From assembly GCA_964446285.1 (NCBI GenBank), contig CAYUNT010000002.1, forward strand, positions 32-64,031: DNA of 64,000 bases, read 5' to 3'. Made by a program: the position numbers and the translations under genes. The notes under the pieces are model-generated. The model was given only the letters and a program-made list of their open reading frames with translations. It was not told the origin of the DNA and did no database searches. The DNA comes from an uncultured Candidatus Sumerlaeota bacterium (GTDB lineage Bacteria; Sumerlaeota; Sumerlaeia; SLMS01; CAYUNT01). Below, one piece after another: positions 30,901 to 39,717 of the stretch. Each line of letters begins with the position of its first letter. Position 1 is the first letter of the stretch.

Positions 30901-32241
30901 ATGGTGTGTCTCCGAGCAAAAACATCCGCCGCCTTTCGTTTGTCGTTGTGCGGGCTGTGGCTTGCGGCGGCGGCAATAGCGGCTCATGCGCAAAGTCCAT
31001 CTGCTCCCTCCGCTGAGTCTTCTGCGCCCAGCGCGTCAGACGCCGCAGGCAAGGCAGCGAAGGCGGCGCCCGCGCCACTTGCGCCTCCGAGCGGGTTCAA
31101 GGCGTTTGACATCCCGGGCGATCGCGGTGGCGCTGTGGGGCTTTCCTGGGATGCTTCGGCGGCCGACGCCCCGGGCCGCGAGTATATCCTTTACAAATCC
31201 ACCTCGCCCGGCGGTCCGTTCGAGGAGTTCAAGCGATTCCCCGCCACCAAGAATTACCAGTCTGACGAGCCGCGCGTATTTGGATACTCGGCCAGCAACG
31301 CCAAGAGGCATTTTATCCAGCGCGATGTGGAGATCAAAGATGACAAGCCCGTTCGGGAATACTACCAGCTGGCGATTGCGGAAGGCGAAGCGGTGGCGCA
31401 TTGCCCCGAAACCGTCACCGAGCTGGCCAAGCCGAACTGGTTCGCCGGGCACAAAATCAACAATCTGATCCTGGTGCTCTTTTGCTCGGGATTTGTTTTA
31501 TTCTTCATCCACCGCGCGGGCAAAAATCCAAACCTGTTCATCCGCAAACTCAGCGGACTCGAAGCGATTGACGAGGCCATCGGCCGCGCCACGGAAATGG
31601 GAAAACCGATCCTCTACACCACGGGCTACAGCGACATGGATCAGGTTTCCACAATCGCCTCGGTGAACATCCTGGCGCATGTGAGCCGCAAGGTGGCCGA
31701 CTACGATTCGCGACTCCTTGTGCCGTGCAAGTGGTCGATCGCCATGACCGTCTGCCAGGAAGTTGTGAAGGAATCTTACCTGAACGCAGGGCGCCCCGAC
31801 GCCTATAATCCGCAGGAAATTTACTTCATCGCGGGCGAGCAGTTCAGTTACACCGCCGCCGTCGATGGATTGCTCGTGCGCGAGAAACCCGCGGCCATCT
31901 TCCTGCTCGGCACGTTCGCCGCCGAGGCCCTCATCCTCGCCGAAACGGGCGCATCGACCGGCGCCATTCAAATCTCGGGCACAGATTCCGCATATCAAAT
32001 CCCGTTCTTTGTGGTGGCGTGCGATTACTGCCTGATCGGCGAGGAACTCTACGCGGCCAGCGCCTATCTTTCGCGCGAACCCAAACTGCTCGGCTCGCTC
32101 AAGGGGCAGGATGCGGGAAAATTGCTGCTCATCGCCGGCCTCCTGCTCGGCAATCTCTGCATGCTCATGCAATTTGGTTTGGGACAGATGATCGCCGCTC
32201 CGCTGGTCCTGGCGATCAAACGCTTCTTTACCCCTCTGTAA
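30901..32241 (+). CDS. hypothetical exported/membrane protein (signal peptide, FN3-like periplasmic domain, C-terminal TM domain); alternative start 30874
   Basis: MVCLRAKTSAAFRLSLCGLWLAAAAIAAHA signal-like N-terminus and multiple hydrophobic segments in the C-terminal half. The ATG sits 5 nt after the upstream stop. Confidence 0.55.
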   Translation: MVCLRAKTSAAFRLSLCGLWLAAAAIAAHAQSPSAPSAESSAPSASDAAGKAAKAAPAPLAPPSGFKAFDIPGDRGGAVGLSWDASAADAPGREYILYKSTSPGGPFEEFKRFPATKNYQSDEPRVFGYSASNAKRHFIQRDVEIKDDKPVREYYQLAIAEGEAVAHCPETVTELAKPNWFAGHKINNLILVLFCSGFVLFFIHRAGKNPNLFIRKLSGLEAIDEAIGRATEMGKPILYTTGYSDMDQVSTIASVNILAHVSRKVADYDSRLLVPCKWSIAMTVCQEVVKESYLNAGRPDAYNPQEIYFIAGEQFSYTAAVDGLLVREKPAAIFLLGTFAAEALILAETGASTGAIQISGTDSAYQIPFFVVACDYCLIGEELYAASAYLSREPKLLGSLKGQDAGKLLLIAGLLLGNLCMLMQFGLGQMIAAPLVLAIKRFFTPL

Positions 32242-32257
32242 TCCGCGAGGTGATCCG

Positions 32258-33199
32258 GTGAATTTCTGGAAACGCCAATTGCCGGCCGTGGTGGTCTTCG
32301 TCGTGGGGATGCTCATGGTGATTCAGTTTTATATTCCCCATCCGGCTTCCTCCGCGGTCCTCGAAGGCACTAACGTCTGGATGCGAATCATCCGCAACTT
32401 CGCGCTGATGCTCGGCGTGATCAGCCTGGTGAACAGCCATTGGCGGAAAATCTCACGCAAGCAATCCGGATTCGGTTACAGCATCCTGGTCTTTGTCTCC
32501 TTTTTCGCCATGACGTTCTGCGGCCTGATCTGGGGCATCGACGCCCCGCGCGATCTGACGCTTCCGCTCGAGGTTCCGGCGGAAATCATGCAAAAGGGCG
32601 GCGAATTCAAAACGGGAATCGATGTCGAGGCGATTGACCAGATTACATATTCGATCCCGCCCGAGGCAAAGGCGCCGGCAAAGGCGCTGCGGGCCAGGGT
32701 GGGCAAGAGCCAGGAACAGGAACTCAAACCGGACGTCCCAATACGTTTTGGGGAAAAAGGCCCTGTGATCGTCGTGGCGGAGCCTGGATCGGGAGAGGGC
32801 GAGCTTTCGGCCTCGATGCATGTCAAAGGACGGCTCAGCCCGGGATTCTGGATATTCAAAAACATGAAAACGAGCATGGAATCGACGATGTATTCCTTGC
32901 TCGCTTTCTTCATCGCATCCGCGGCATTCCGGGCATTCCGCGCACGCAGCACAGACGCCACCATCATGCTCATCGCCGCCATTATGATGATGATTGGCCG
33001 CGTTTCATTTGGAGAAATCATATCGAGCTGGTTCAGCAAGGATTGGCTGTTTTTCCCCAAATTGAGTTACTGGATGATGAACGTGCCCGTGACCGCCGCC
33101 AAAAGGGCCATATTCCTTGGCATTGCGCTTTCGGTCATCGCCACATCCATCCGCGTTCTTTTTGGCCTGGAGCGCTCTTACCTGGGGAGGAGCGAATGA
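32258..33199 (+). CDS. hypothetical polytopic membrane protein (GTG start with AGGTGA Shine-Dalgarno)
   Basis: Hydrophobic segments at both ends flank a central soluble loop. Begins 17 nt after the upstream stop. Confidence 0.55.
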   Translation: MNFWKRQLPAVVVFVVGMLMVIQFYIPHPASSAVLEGTNVWMRIIRNFALMLGVISLVNSHWRKISRKQSGFGYSILVFVSFFAMTFCGLIWGIDAPRDLTLPLEVPAEIMQKGGEFKTGIDVEAIDQITYSIPPEAKAPAKALRARVGKSQEQELKPDVPIRFGEKGPVIVVAEPGSGEGELSASMHVKGRLSPGFWIFKNMKTSMESTMYSLLAFFIASAAFRAFRARSTDATIMLIAAIMMMIGRVSFGEIISSWFSKDWLFFPKLSYWMMNVPVTAAKRAIFLGIALSVIATSIRVLFGLERSYLGRSE

Positions 33200-34035
33200 T
33201 GAATTTCGCCGATAAAATCCTCAAACTCGACCGCCGCTGGGTTTTCCTTGTCGTTGCCATCGTCACGGCCATTCCCATCATCCAGCCGCTGAACCTGCCG
33301 GTCTATGTGACGCCGGAAGTCCGTGGAGTCTTCGATGAAATCGAGAAGATTCCCGAAGGCTCGGCGATTCTAATCGCATTCGACTACGAACCCGGCTCGA
33401 CGCCCGAGTGCGATCCGATGTCGGTCGCCGTGCTGCGCCACTGCTTCCGCCGCAATCTGCGCGTGATCGGAGTCACGATTCTGGCGGTGGCCGTCGGCCC
33501 GGCCGAGCGCGTGCTCACGCAGGTGGCCAACGAAATGGGCAAGGAACGCGGCAAGGATTACACATTCCTCGGCTTCAAATCTGACCGCGCCCCAACAGTA
33601 GTCGGGATGTCGATCTCGATCCAGCGGACGTTCCAGACCGACCGTTACGGCAACGAAACGGCATCGCTGCCCGTTCTGCAGGGCGTCGGCAAACTCGCGG
33701 ATTTCCCCTACATGGTGGAAATCGCCGACGATTCAATTTTGGAATACTGGATTATGTATGCGCACGACACGGTCGGGCTGAAAATCGGCTCGTGCTGCAC
33801 GGCAGTCATCGCGTCGGGGATTTATCCGTTCCTCAACTCGGGGCAACTCACGGGCATTGTGGGCGGGCTGAAAGGCGCGTCGGAATATGAGAAATTGGTG
33901 GGCTTCCGCGGCATGGCGTCGCGCGGAATGGATTCCCAGGCCGTGATTCACATTTTCATCATCGTCCTTATGGTGGTTGGCAATATCGCTTTTCTCGTGA
34001 GCCGCAAAACCTCCCAGCGGAGGCAAACTGCATGA
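33196..34035 (+). CDS. hypothetical membrane protein
   Basis: ATGATG start overlapping the upstream stop (ATGA coupling). N- and C-terminal TM segments. Confidence 0.55.
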   Translation: MMNFADKILKLDRRWVFLVVAIVTAIPIIQPLNLPVYVTPEVRGVFDEIEKIPEGSAILIAFDYEPGSTPECDPMSVAVLRHCFRRNLRVIGVTILAVAVGPAERVLTQVANEMGKERGKDYTFLGFKSDRAPTVVGMSISIQRTFQTDRYGNETASLPVLQGVGKLADFPYMVEIADDSILEYWIMYAHDTVGLKIGSCCTAVIASGIYPFLNSGQLTGIVGGLKGASEYEKLVGFRGMASRGMDSQAVIHIFIIVLMVVGNIAFLVSRKTSQRRQTA

Positions 34036-34670
34036 ATTTCCTTGATCCTTCGCTCATCGGAATCTGGGTGGCCGCGCTTCTGACGCTGGCCATTTACAGC
34101 TTCTTGTATAAGGACAACCCCTTCTACAAAGTGGCCGAGCACGTTTATATCGGCGTATCCACCGGGTATTTGGTTGTGGTGACACTGCGCGACGCCTTGT
34201 ATCGCGACTTGTGGGAGCCGCTGTTTGTCAATCAGCACAAGGAATATCTCGTCATCATCCCCGCGCTGCTCGGGCTGATTTTGTTCACGCGCTTCACAAA
34301 AACCCTCGGCTGGATGTCGCGCATTTCCATCGCGTTTATTGTCGGCGCCGCCTCGGGAATGTCGATTCCCTACAATACGCAGACATTCCTGCTGCGCCAC
34401 ACCGAAGCCACAATCATGCCGTTTGCGGGCATTTCGGATTGGGCCGCATGGGTGAACAACCTGCTGATTCTGATCGGCGTGGTTTCCGTGCTCGTGTATT
34501 TCTTTTTCTCGATCAAACACGAAGGCCCGGTGCGTCCTGTGGCGCGCACGGGGATGATTTTTCTGATGCTATTTTTCGGCGCGGCCTTTGGATACACAGT
34601 CATGGGCCGCGTTTCGCTGCTGATCGGCCAGATGCGATTCCTGCTCGTGGACTGGCTCCACATCGGCTAG
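34032..34670 (+). CDS. hypothetical polytopic membrane protein
   Basis: ATGA overlap with the upstream gene and roughly six hydrophobic helices. Ends with a TAG stop. Confidence 0.55.
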   Translation: MNFLDPSLIGIWVAALLTLAIYSFLYKDNPFYKVAEHVYIGVSTGYLVVVTLRDALYRDLWEPLFVNQHKEYLVIIPALLGLILFTRFTKTLGWMSRISIAFIVGAASGMSIPYNTQTFLLRHTEATIMPFAGISDWAAWVNNLLILIGVVSVLVYFFFSIKHEGPVRPVARTGMIFLMLFFGAAFGYTVMGRVSLLIGQMRFLLVDWLHIG

Positions 34671-34706
34671 CCTCTTTCGGCAGAGCACCTATTAATCCGA
34701 GCATAA

Positions 34707-35318
34707 TTAGTTGACAAGTTCTTTCTCCGTGAATGGGAGTTTGCATCCAAGAATGCAGGACCGGATGAACTGCTTGTTTTGCGCCCGCGCCCGAAACGAA
34801 TCGCAGGCTTTGCGTTGCAATTGAGCCGCCGTCTTGGGCGAGAAGTTCGCCATGTCCACATACTTCACCGCGCTGAACACCCACTCGGTCGCATTGAGTT
34901 CGGGCGCATACGGGGGAAGCCACACCACCTCCAGGCGGGCGCGCACATCGGGCCGCGCAAGAAAATCCCGAACCTCCCGCGCCCGGTGGATCGACACGTT
35001 GTCCCAAAGCAGGATCAACGGCCCCGGGAGTTCGCGCAGCAGGTCCACCAGAAAGCAAAGCACCCGCGCCGCGCAAAACGCCCCCGCAACGATCTCGAAC
35101 AGCAAGCCGGCCCGGTTCGTGATTGCCGCTATCACCGACAGTTTTTTCCAGTTGAAGCATTCCTCCACGACCGGCGTGTGGGCCACAGGCGCCCAGGTCG
35201 CGCGCACGAGCGGCTGCAGCGACAACCCGGATGCATCAGCGAAAACCAGTATTTTCCCTTCACGCCGCGCCCGGCTCTTGATCCGGGGAAAGACCCACCG
35301 GCGGAACCGCTCTATTTT
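34707..35318 (-). CDS. IS630-family transposase OrfB (DDE catalytic part, frame +1 relative to OrfA at the A7 tract)
   Basis: DDE_3 motifs. Deleting one A from the A7 tract, or an equivalent +1 shift, gives the fusion ...DPQK-IERFRRWVF... Confidence 0.7.
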   Translation of the reverse strand, partial: KIERFRRWVFPRIKSRARREGKILVFADASGLSLQPLVRATWAPVAHTPVVEECFNWKKLSVIAAITNRAGLLFEIVAGAFCAARVLCFLVDLLRELPGPLILLWDNVSIHRAREVRDFLARPDVRARLEVVWLPPYAPELNATEWVFSAVKYVDMANFSPKTAAQLQRKACDSFRARAQNKQFIRSCILGCKLPFTEKELVN

Positions 35319-35753
35319 TTTGGGGGTCGCGCTCGCGGGCGCGGCGGACGGGTTTCTGGCGCGAGAACCGCAAGGTTTTTCGCAGCAGGCGCGAGACGCT
35401 CGCCTCGTGGTAGATGACCCCGAAAGTGTCCGCGATGAGTTGGCGGATGCGCTTGCAGGTCCACAGGTTGGTCTCCCAGCCGTGAACAAGCGGCCCCTGG
35501 ACAAGCATCCGGGCCAGGCGTTTGCGCTGGGCGCGGGTGAGTTGCGCCGGGCGTCCGCGCTTGCCGGGTTCAAAGCCATGCTTGGGGTCCTCCTTTGGGG
35601 CCTTGATCCAGTCGTAAACCGCTTGGCGGCTGATGCCATAGTGGCGGGCGACGGCGGCGACGGGCTCCCCGCGCGCAACCAGGCGGACGGCCGTGCGCCG
35701 CGCGGCCAGTTGGTCGGAGGGGGGACGGTGTTTGTAGGCAACTCGAGCATTCA
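35260..35753 (-). CDS. IS630-family transposase OrfA (HTH DNA-binding part)
   Basis: HYGISRQAVYDWIK helix-turn-helix, ending shortly after an A7 tract at about 35313-35319. Confidence 0.75.
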
Positions 35754-35934
35754 TGCCCCTAGGCCAGAACAAGGCCCGCAACAGCGTCAAGTAAATAAGA
35801 TGGGATTAGTAAGAATAGGGTGCATCTCACTTTTTATCCACCCGCAGGCGAAACCGCCACGTTTCTTTCAGCGAGGCCACCTGCGGATGGACAAAAAAAG
35901 TGAGATGCGCCCGGTCGGCGCAGGTATGATCTTC

Positions 35935-36855
35935 TCAATGTTGCTCGCTGTTGCGAGAGAGCCTGGGCAATTCGTGAATTGACTGGTATCTAAGAGCCGC
36001 CTGCACCTTCTGATGCTCCATCGTCTGCAGAGAAGTTTCATAGTATGCGAGATATTCTTCGTTGCCATCCGGGATGGGAAAGCCCATGCTTTTTTGTTTG
36101 CGAATTATATCCTTGCAACGGGCCAGGCCTTCCTTGCAGCTGGCAATGGTTGCTTTATCTTCCTCCGCCAAAGTCACAAGAATACGCAGCCGGCCCATTT
36201 GCAGAAGAAAGTTGCTTGCTAAAGATTCGGGAAATTGAAGGTTTCCATAAACAGCTGCGAGTTTGCTCTTCGAAGAAGCACGCATATCCGTTCTGGCAGC
36301 ATCATGGATTTCATTCAGAATAGAACTGCATTTTAACGAAGAGGAGTATTGGTCCATAAGATATTGCACATAGACGGCGCAGTCTGTCGTATTTCCATCC
36401 CGGAATTCAACAAGCGCCAGGCGGGATAAGATATGGCCTGCATATTCATTTCCTGATTTAATTTCCCAAGGCGACCATTGAGACCGATCGCACTCCACGG
36501 CCTCCAATGCAGACAGATAATCCAGGCGAGGGTCTTCTCGGAGATTAAACTCACGTATTTGCCCTATATTGAATAGCGCGCGCCCGGCCCATATGCTGCC
36601 GGGGTATTTCGAGGCCAGTTCCCGAAATCCCCCGCAGCATTCTTTGAGGGTATCCGCGTCCGAGATGGCGTTTTCCCAAGCCTTGCACAATGAAAAATAC
36701 TCGGACTCCGGACTTTTCGCGGATGGCGCCTGGTTTGCTTTGGCGATGGGAAAATACAGCACAAGCCCTGCAAAAACAACGCCAGCCAGAATATAAAAGC
36801 CTCGCATAAAAACATCCTCCGCTTTACTTGGCATAAGTTCTATCTTTGTTCTCAC
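35935..36855 (-). CDS. hypothetical membrane-anchored/exported protein in low-GC island
   Basis: Signal-anchor MRGFYILAGVVFAGLVLYFPIAKA (start possibly at 36807). Local GC is clearly below that of the rest of the window. Confidence 0.5.
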   Translation of the reverse strand: MRTKIELMPSKAEDVFMRGFYILAGVVFAGLVLYFPIAKANQAPSAKSPESEYFSLCKAWENAISDADTLKECCGGFRELASKYPGSIWAGRALFNIGQIREFNLREDPRLDYLSALEAVECDRSQWSPWEIKSGNEYAGHILSRLALVEFRDGNTTDCAVYVQYLMDQYSSSLKCSSILNEIHDAARTDMRASSKSKLAAVYGNLQFPESLASNFLLQMGRLRILVTLAEEDKATIASCKEGLARCKDIIRKQKSMGFPIPDGNEEYLAYYETSLQTMEHQKVQAALRYQSIHELPRLSRNSEQH

Positions 36856-36858
36856 TCA

Positions 36859-37119
36859 TCACCGATACGAGGACATGTGGGCGGTTTGGCCGTGCGCAAA
36901 ATTGACCGTAATCGGCTGCGAGGAGTTATTAGATATTGTCTCGGACATCACATATACATCATGCTCGGCATAATATGTAGTGTAGTCTCCCTCAAAAGGA
37001 CCTTGAAGGGGCAATTGATCTTCGCAATAAATCGCCTCATCGCCTTCTGTGTTTCTCCACCCAAATGCACAAAAAAGCAAAACAACAGCCAAAATCACTT
37101 TCCCCCTGCTACCCTTCAT
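36859..37119 (-). CDS. small hypothetical secreted protein in low-GC island
   Basis: MKGSRGKVILAVVLLFCAFGW signal-like N-terminus, AT-rich codon usage. The track ORF extends to 37179. Confidence 0.45.
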   Translation of the reverse strand: MKGSRGKVILAVVLLFCAFGWRNTEGDEAIYCEDQLPLQGPFEGDYTTYYAEHDVYVMSETISNNSSQPITVNFAHGQTAHMSSYR

Positions 37120-37319
37120 GAGATCCCACACAAATGACAGGTAGAATAATAAAGCGCACAAACAGCACTGCGCAAACAATTGTGCGGATATGACGTTTGT
37201 GTTTGGCTGTCAATACAATTATATACATAATTAGAAATATTGTGCTCTTCACAACCGCCGCCATATTATACGTTTATATTTCTACACTTTCAGAAGCCCC
37301 CTCAAAGGCACGCAATGGG

Positions 37320-39233
37320 CTATGTTTTTTCGTGCAGCGGAGGAACATACACGCGGTAGTGCGGGCACCCATCGAAAGGCTCTGTGATCCAGCGTCCGCC
37401 GGGCAAATGACGTTCGATTTCCTGCGGAATCGCCGCCGGGCAGGGGTCCTGGATAATAAACAGCAAACGCCGCCCGGCGCGCTCGGGATGCCATTTCGCC
37501 GAGCGCGTTTTCCATGTGGAAAACGGCACAATCACCGCTGTGCGATCGCGAAATCCGGGATTCCAGGTGTTCATCTGGCTGTCGAAGGGGAAAAGGACTC
37601 CGCTTTCGTTGTGCGTGATGAATTCATACTGCGCGAGGTTGGTATTCATAAAATACGCCAAGCTCGTAAAGGGCGCGTAGTTTTTTATGAAGTCGTCTTT
37701 CCCCGACAGGACGCGGTCGTAATAGAGTTTGATATTATATTGCGCGAGAAAAAGCGCGGCAGCAACTGCGAGCACCGCCCCCATGCGCGCGGCGGGCCGC
37801 CATCGGATTCGCGTCAGCCCCCAAAGCGGCAGCGCCAGCGCAAAGGCACAAATGGAAATCGCCAAGTGCACGCGCTGATGATAGGGCGGATAGGGCAGCA
37901 TCGTCAGTCCGCCCAGAATCGCGTTGTTGAGCAGGAAGAAAAGAATCAGCAATAAAAACGCGGGGGTTCGCCATCGCCAGAGCATCCACAACGCGCCCAC
38001 TGCGGCAAGCCAGAATCCGTAACGGTCGAGGAATCCGATCGGCGTTGAGTAGGCATGATAGGCGTTGGGACCGCTATAATAGCCGCGGAAGGCGTTGCCG
38101 ATGTTCTTCGCCGTCGCGACGATCACCGAGCGCGTCTGATAGCTGCTTAGCGCCCAGTCAAGCTGCGGTTTGTAGAGGAGTTGCGTGCTGGTCTGGCGGT
38201 AGGACGTTAGATACGGATGCGTTTCAAGGTCGTGGCGCAACTTGACGAGCACGAGCACGTAGATCGAGAGAGTGATGAGCAAGGGGGCGTTGCGCCGAAG
38301 CCAGGTTTTGTCCTCGATAAAACGAATTCCCACATAGATGGCAAGCGGCAGGAGAATAAGGCGGCCGCTGAAATACTGCATCGTAACAACAGCCGCTAGA
38401 ACGGCCGCCAAAAGCCCAAAGAGCGCCTTGGCCCACCAGCGCCGCGCTTTTTCGCCCGCCAGAAACGCCCACGCCGCCGCGATATACACAGCCGAGGTTT
38501 CGTTGAAGTATCCGCCCTCGACGGACATAAACAAATTGTAATGCATGAACGCGCCCAGAAACACCACCAGGAGCGCATAAGCGGGGCCGAGCATCCATCG
38601 CGCAAAACCATAAAACACAAGCAGCATCATGACGCTTCCGGCCACACTGGCGGCGCGGCACCACGCGTCGGAATGCGTCTGGAACCATGCGTGCGAATAC
38701 GGCAGCGCACGCAGCCAAAAGACCAGATTATACATGCCAGAATGCGACACGCCGAGGTCCCAGGGCATGTCTTTCGAGGCGTGCTGATTGAAAACGAAAC
38801 GCCAGGCGGTATCGACTTCGTCGCCATTGAGCGGCACAACAAAACGCGAAAGCGCCGGAACGCACACAAACACAAACGCGCCTAAAACCAAGAGAAGAAC
38901 AGCGAATTCCGATAACAGGCCATGCCGCCGAGGAGAGGTTGTGAGTTGCGAGTTGTGAGTTGTGGGTTGTGAGTTGTGAGTTGTGGGCTGCGAGTTGTGA
39001 GTTGTGGGCTGCGAGGGTGCGGCGGAAGGCGCAGGCGCTGGGTTTCCGGTGGCTTGGGCGTCCCGCCCAAGGTTCCCTTCTTGCTTTTTTACGGAAATTT
39101 GCGGCGCCTGCGCCTGTCTGGCGGTTTCCAATTCACCTGGCAGCAAATCGTCGAAATCGTCATAATCCCGAATTGGAGGCATGGAATTGCGCGAAAGCGC
39201 GGAATTGGGATTTGTATCTGGAGGAAAGGCCAT
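37320..39233 (-). CDS. large polytopic membrane protein, GT-C-like (ArnT/PMT-type glycosyltransferase fold suspected), with a repeat-encoded N-terminal TTHNSQP tract
   Basis: More than ten hydrophobic helices plus a large C-terminal soluble domain. The N-terminal region is encoded by the (GTTGTGR)n array and the GC hairpin in-frame (GRDAQATGN ... QPTTHNSQPTTHNSQ). Confidence 0.55.
   Translation of the reverse strand: MAFPPDTNPNSALSRNSMPPIRDYDDFDDLLPGELETARQAQAPQISVKKQEGNLGRDAQATGNPAPAPSAAPSQPTTHNSQPTTHNSQPTTHNSQLTTSPRRHGLLSEFAVLLLVLGAFVFVCVPALSRFVVPLNGDEVDTAWRFVFNQHASKDMPWDLGVSHSGMYNLVFWLRALPYSHAWFQTHSDAWCRAASVAGSVMMLLVFYGFARWMLGPAYALLVVFLGAFMHYNLFMSVEGGYFNETSAVYIAAAWAFLAGEKARRWWAKALFGLLAAVLAAVVTMQYFSGRLILLPLAIYVGIRFIEDKTWLRRNAPLLITLSIYVLVLVKLRHDLETHPYLTSYRQTSTQLLYKPQLDWALSSYQTRSVIVATAKNIGNAFRGYYSGPNAYHAYSTPIGFLDRYGFWLAAVGALWMLWRWRTPAFLLLILFFLLNNAILGGLTMLPYPPYHQRVHLAISICAFALALPLWGLTRIRWRPAARMGAVLAVAAALFLAQYNIKLYYDRVLSGKDDFIKNYAPFTSLAYFMNTNLAQYEFITHNESGVLFPFDSQMNTWNPGFRDRTAVIVPFSTWKTRSAKWHPERAGRRLLFIIQDPCPAAIPQEIERHLPGGRWITEPFDGCPHYRVYVPPLHEKT
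38937..39072. repeat. composite repeat: (GTTGTGR)n heptamer array (38937-39014) plus GC hairpin ccggtggcttgggcgtcccgcccaagg (39046-39072)
   Basis: Read directly in the sequence. The same array-plus-hairpin arrangement recurs at 62829-62927. Confidence 0.65.
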
Positions 39234-39284
39234 TGTTGGGTCTTTGTGACTTTGTGGTGAATAGTTTTTATAAGCACACCATAT

Positions 39285-39704
39285 TTAGCGCGATTGGCGG
39301 TGCGCAGCGGCGGATTGGAGAGTGACAACAGCGGCGAGAATACGCGGCGCCCCGCGCCTGGCGGTCCGAAACACAAACTGGATGCTTGCGGCGCGCCGTT
39401 TCCGCGCGCCTTGGCACGGGATGCGAACTGCGCTACTCCAATCACGCCCTTCGTCAAAGGCGCGCCCGAGAGCATCCGCTATTTCCCGCCGCGCGTCCAG
39501 CCCTAGCAGCGAAACCAGCGCGCGGTTGAGCATCGCATCTGCCCGCTCGCCCCACAGACGCTCCGCGGCGTCGTTGAGAAAAACCACATTGCCAATGGCG
39601 TCCGCAACGACAACCGGCCCGGCGGGCGCTTCCGCCAAACGCGTCAAAACCGCCGCGCGCTCCTCATCGTTGTTCCACAGTTCCAGAGGAAATCGCATGG
39701 ACAT
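39285..39704 (-). CDS. putative PAS domain protein
   Basis: PAS-like N-terminal block (VVVADAIGNVVFLNDAAERLWGE). Start is taken at MSMRFPLEL inside the track ORF. Confidence 0.45.
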   Translation of the reverse strand: MSMRFPLELWNNDEERAAVLTRLAEAPAGPVVVADAIGNVVFLNDAAERLWGERADAMLNRALVSLLGLDARREIADALGRAFDEGRDWSSAVRIPCQGARKRRAASIQFVFRTARRGAPRILAAVVTLQSAAAHRQSR

Positions 39705-39717
39705 GGGAAAATCTCCT

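Larger units (their letters stand above)
34696..35820 (-). mobile_element. IS630-family insertion sequence (about 1.1 kb) with a two-frame transposase
   Basis: orfA (HTH) and orfB (DDE_3; LLWDNVSIHRAR ... LPPYAPELNATEWVFSAVK) are arranged as in IS630/Tc1-mariner-like elements. Imperfectly matching ends: ctattaatcc...ttgac (left) and reverse-complemented gggattagtaagaatag (right). Confidence 0.75.
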
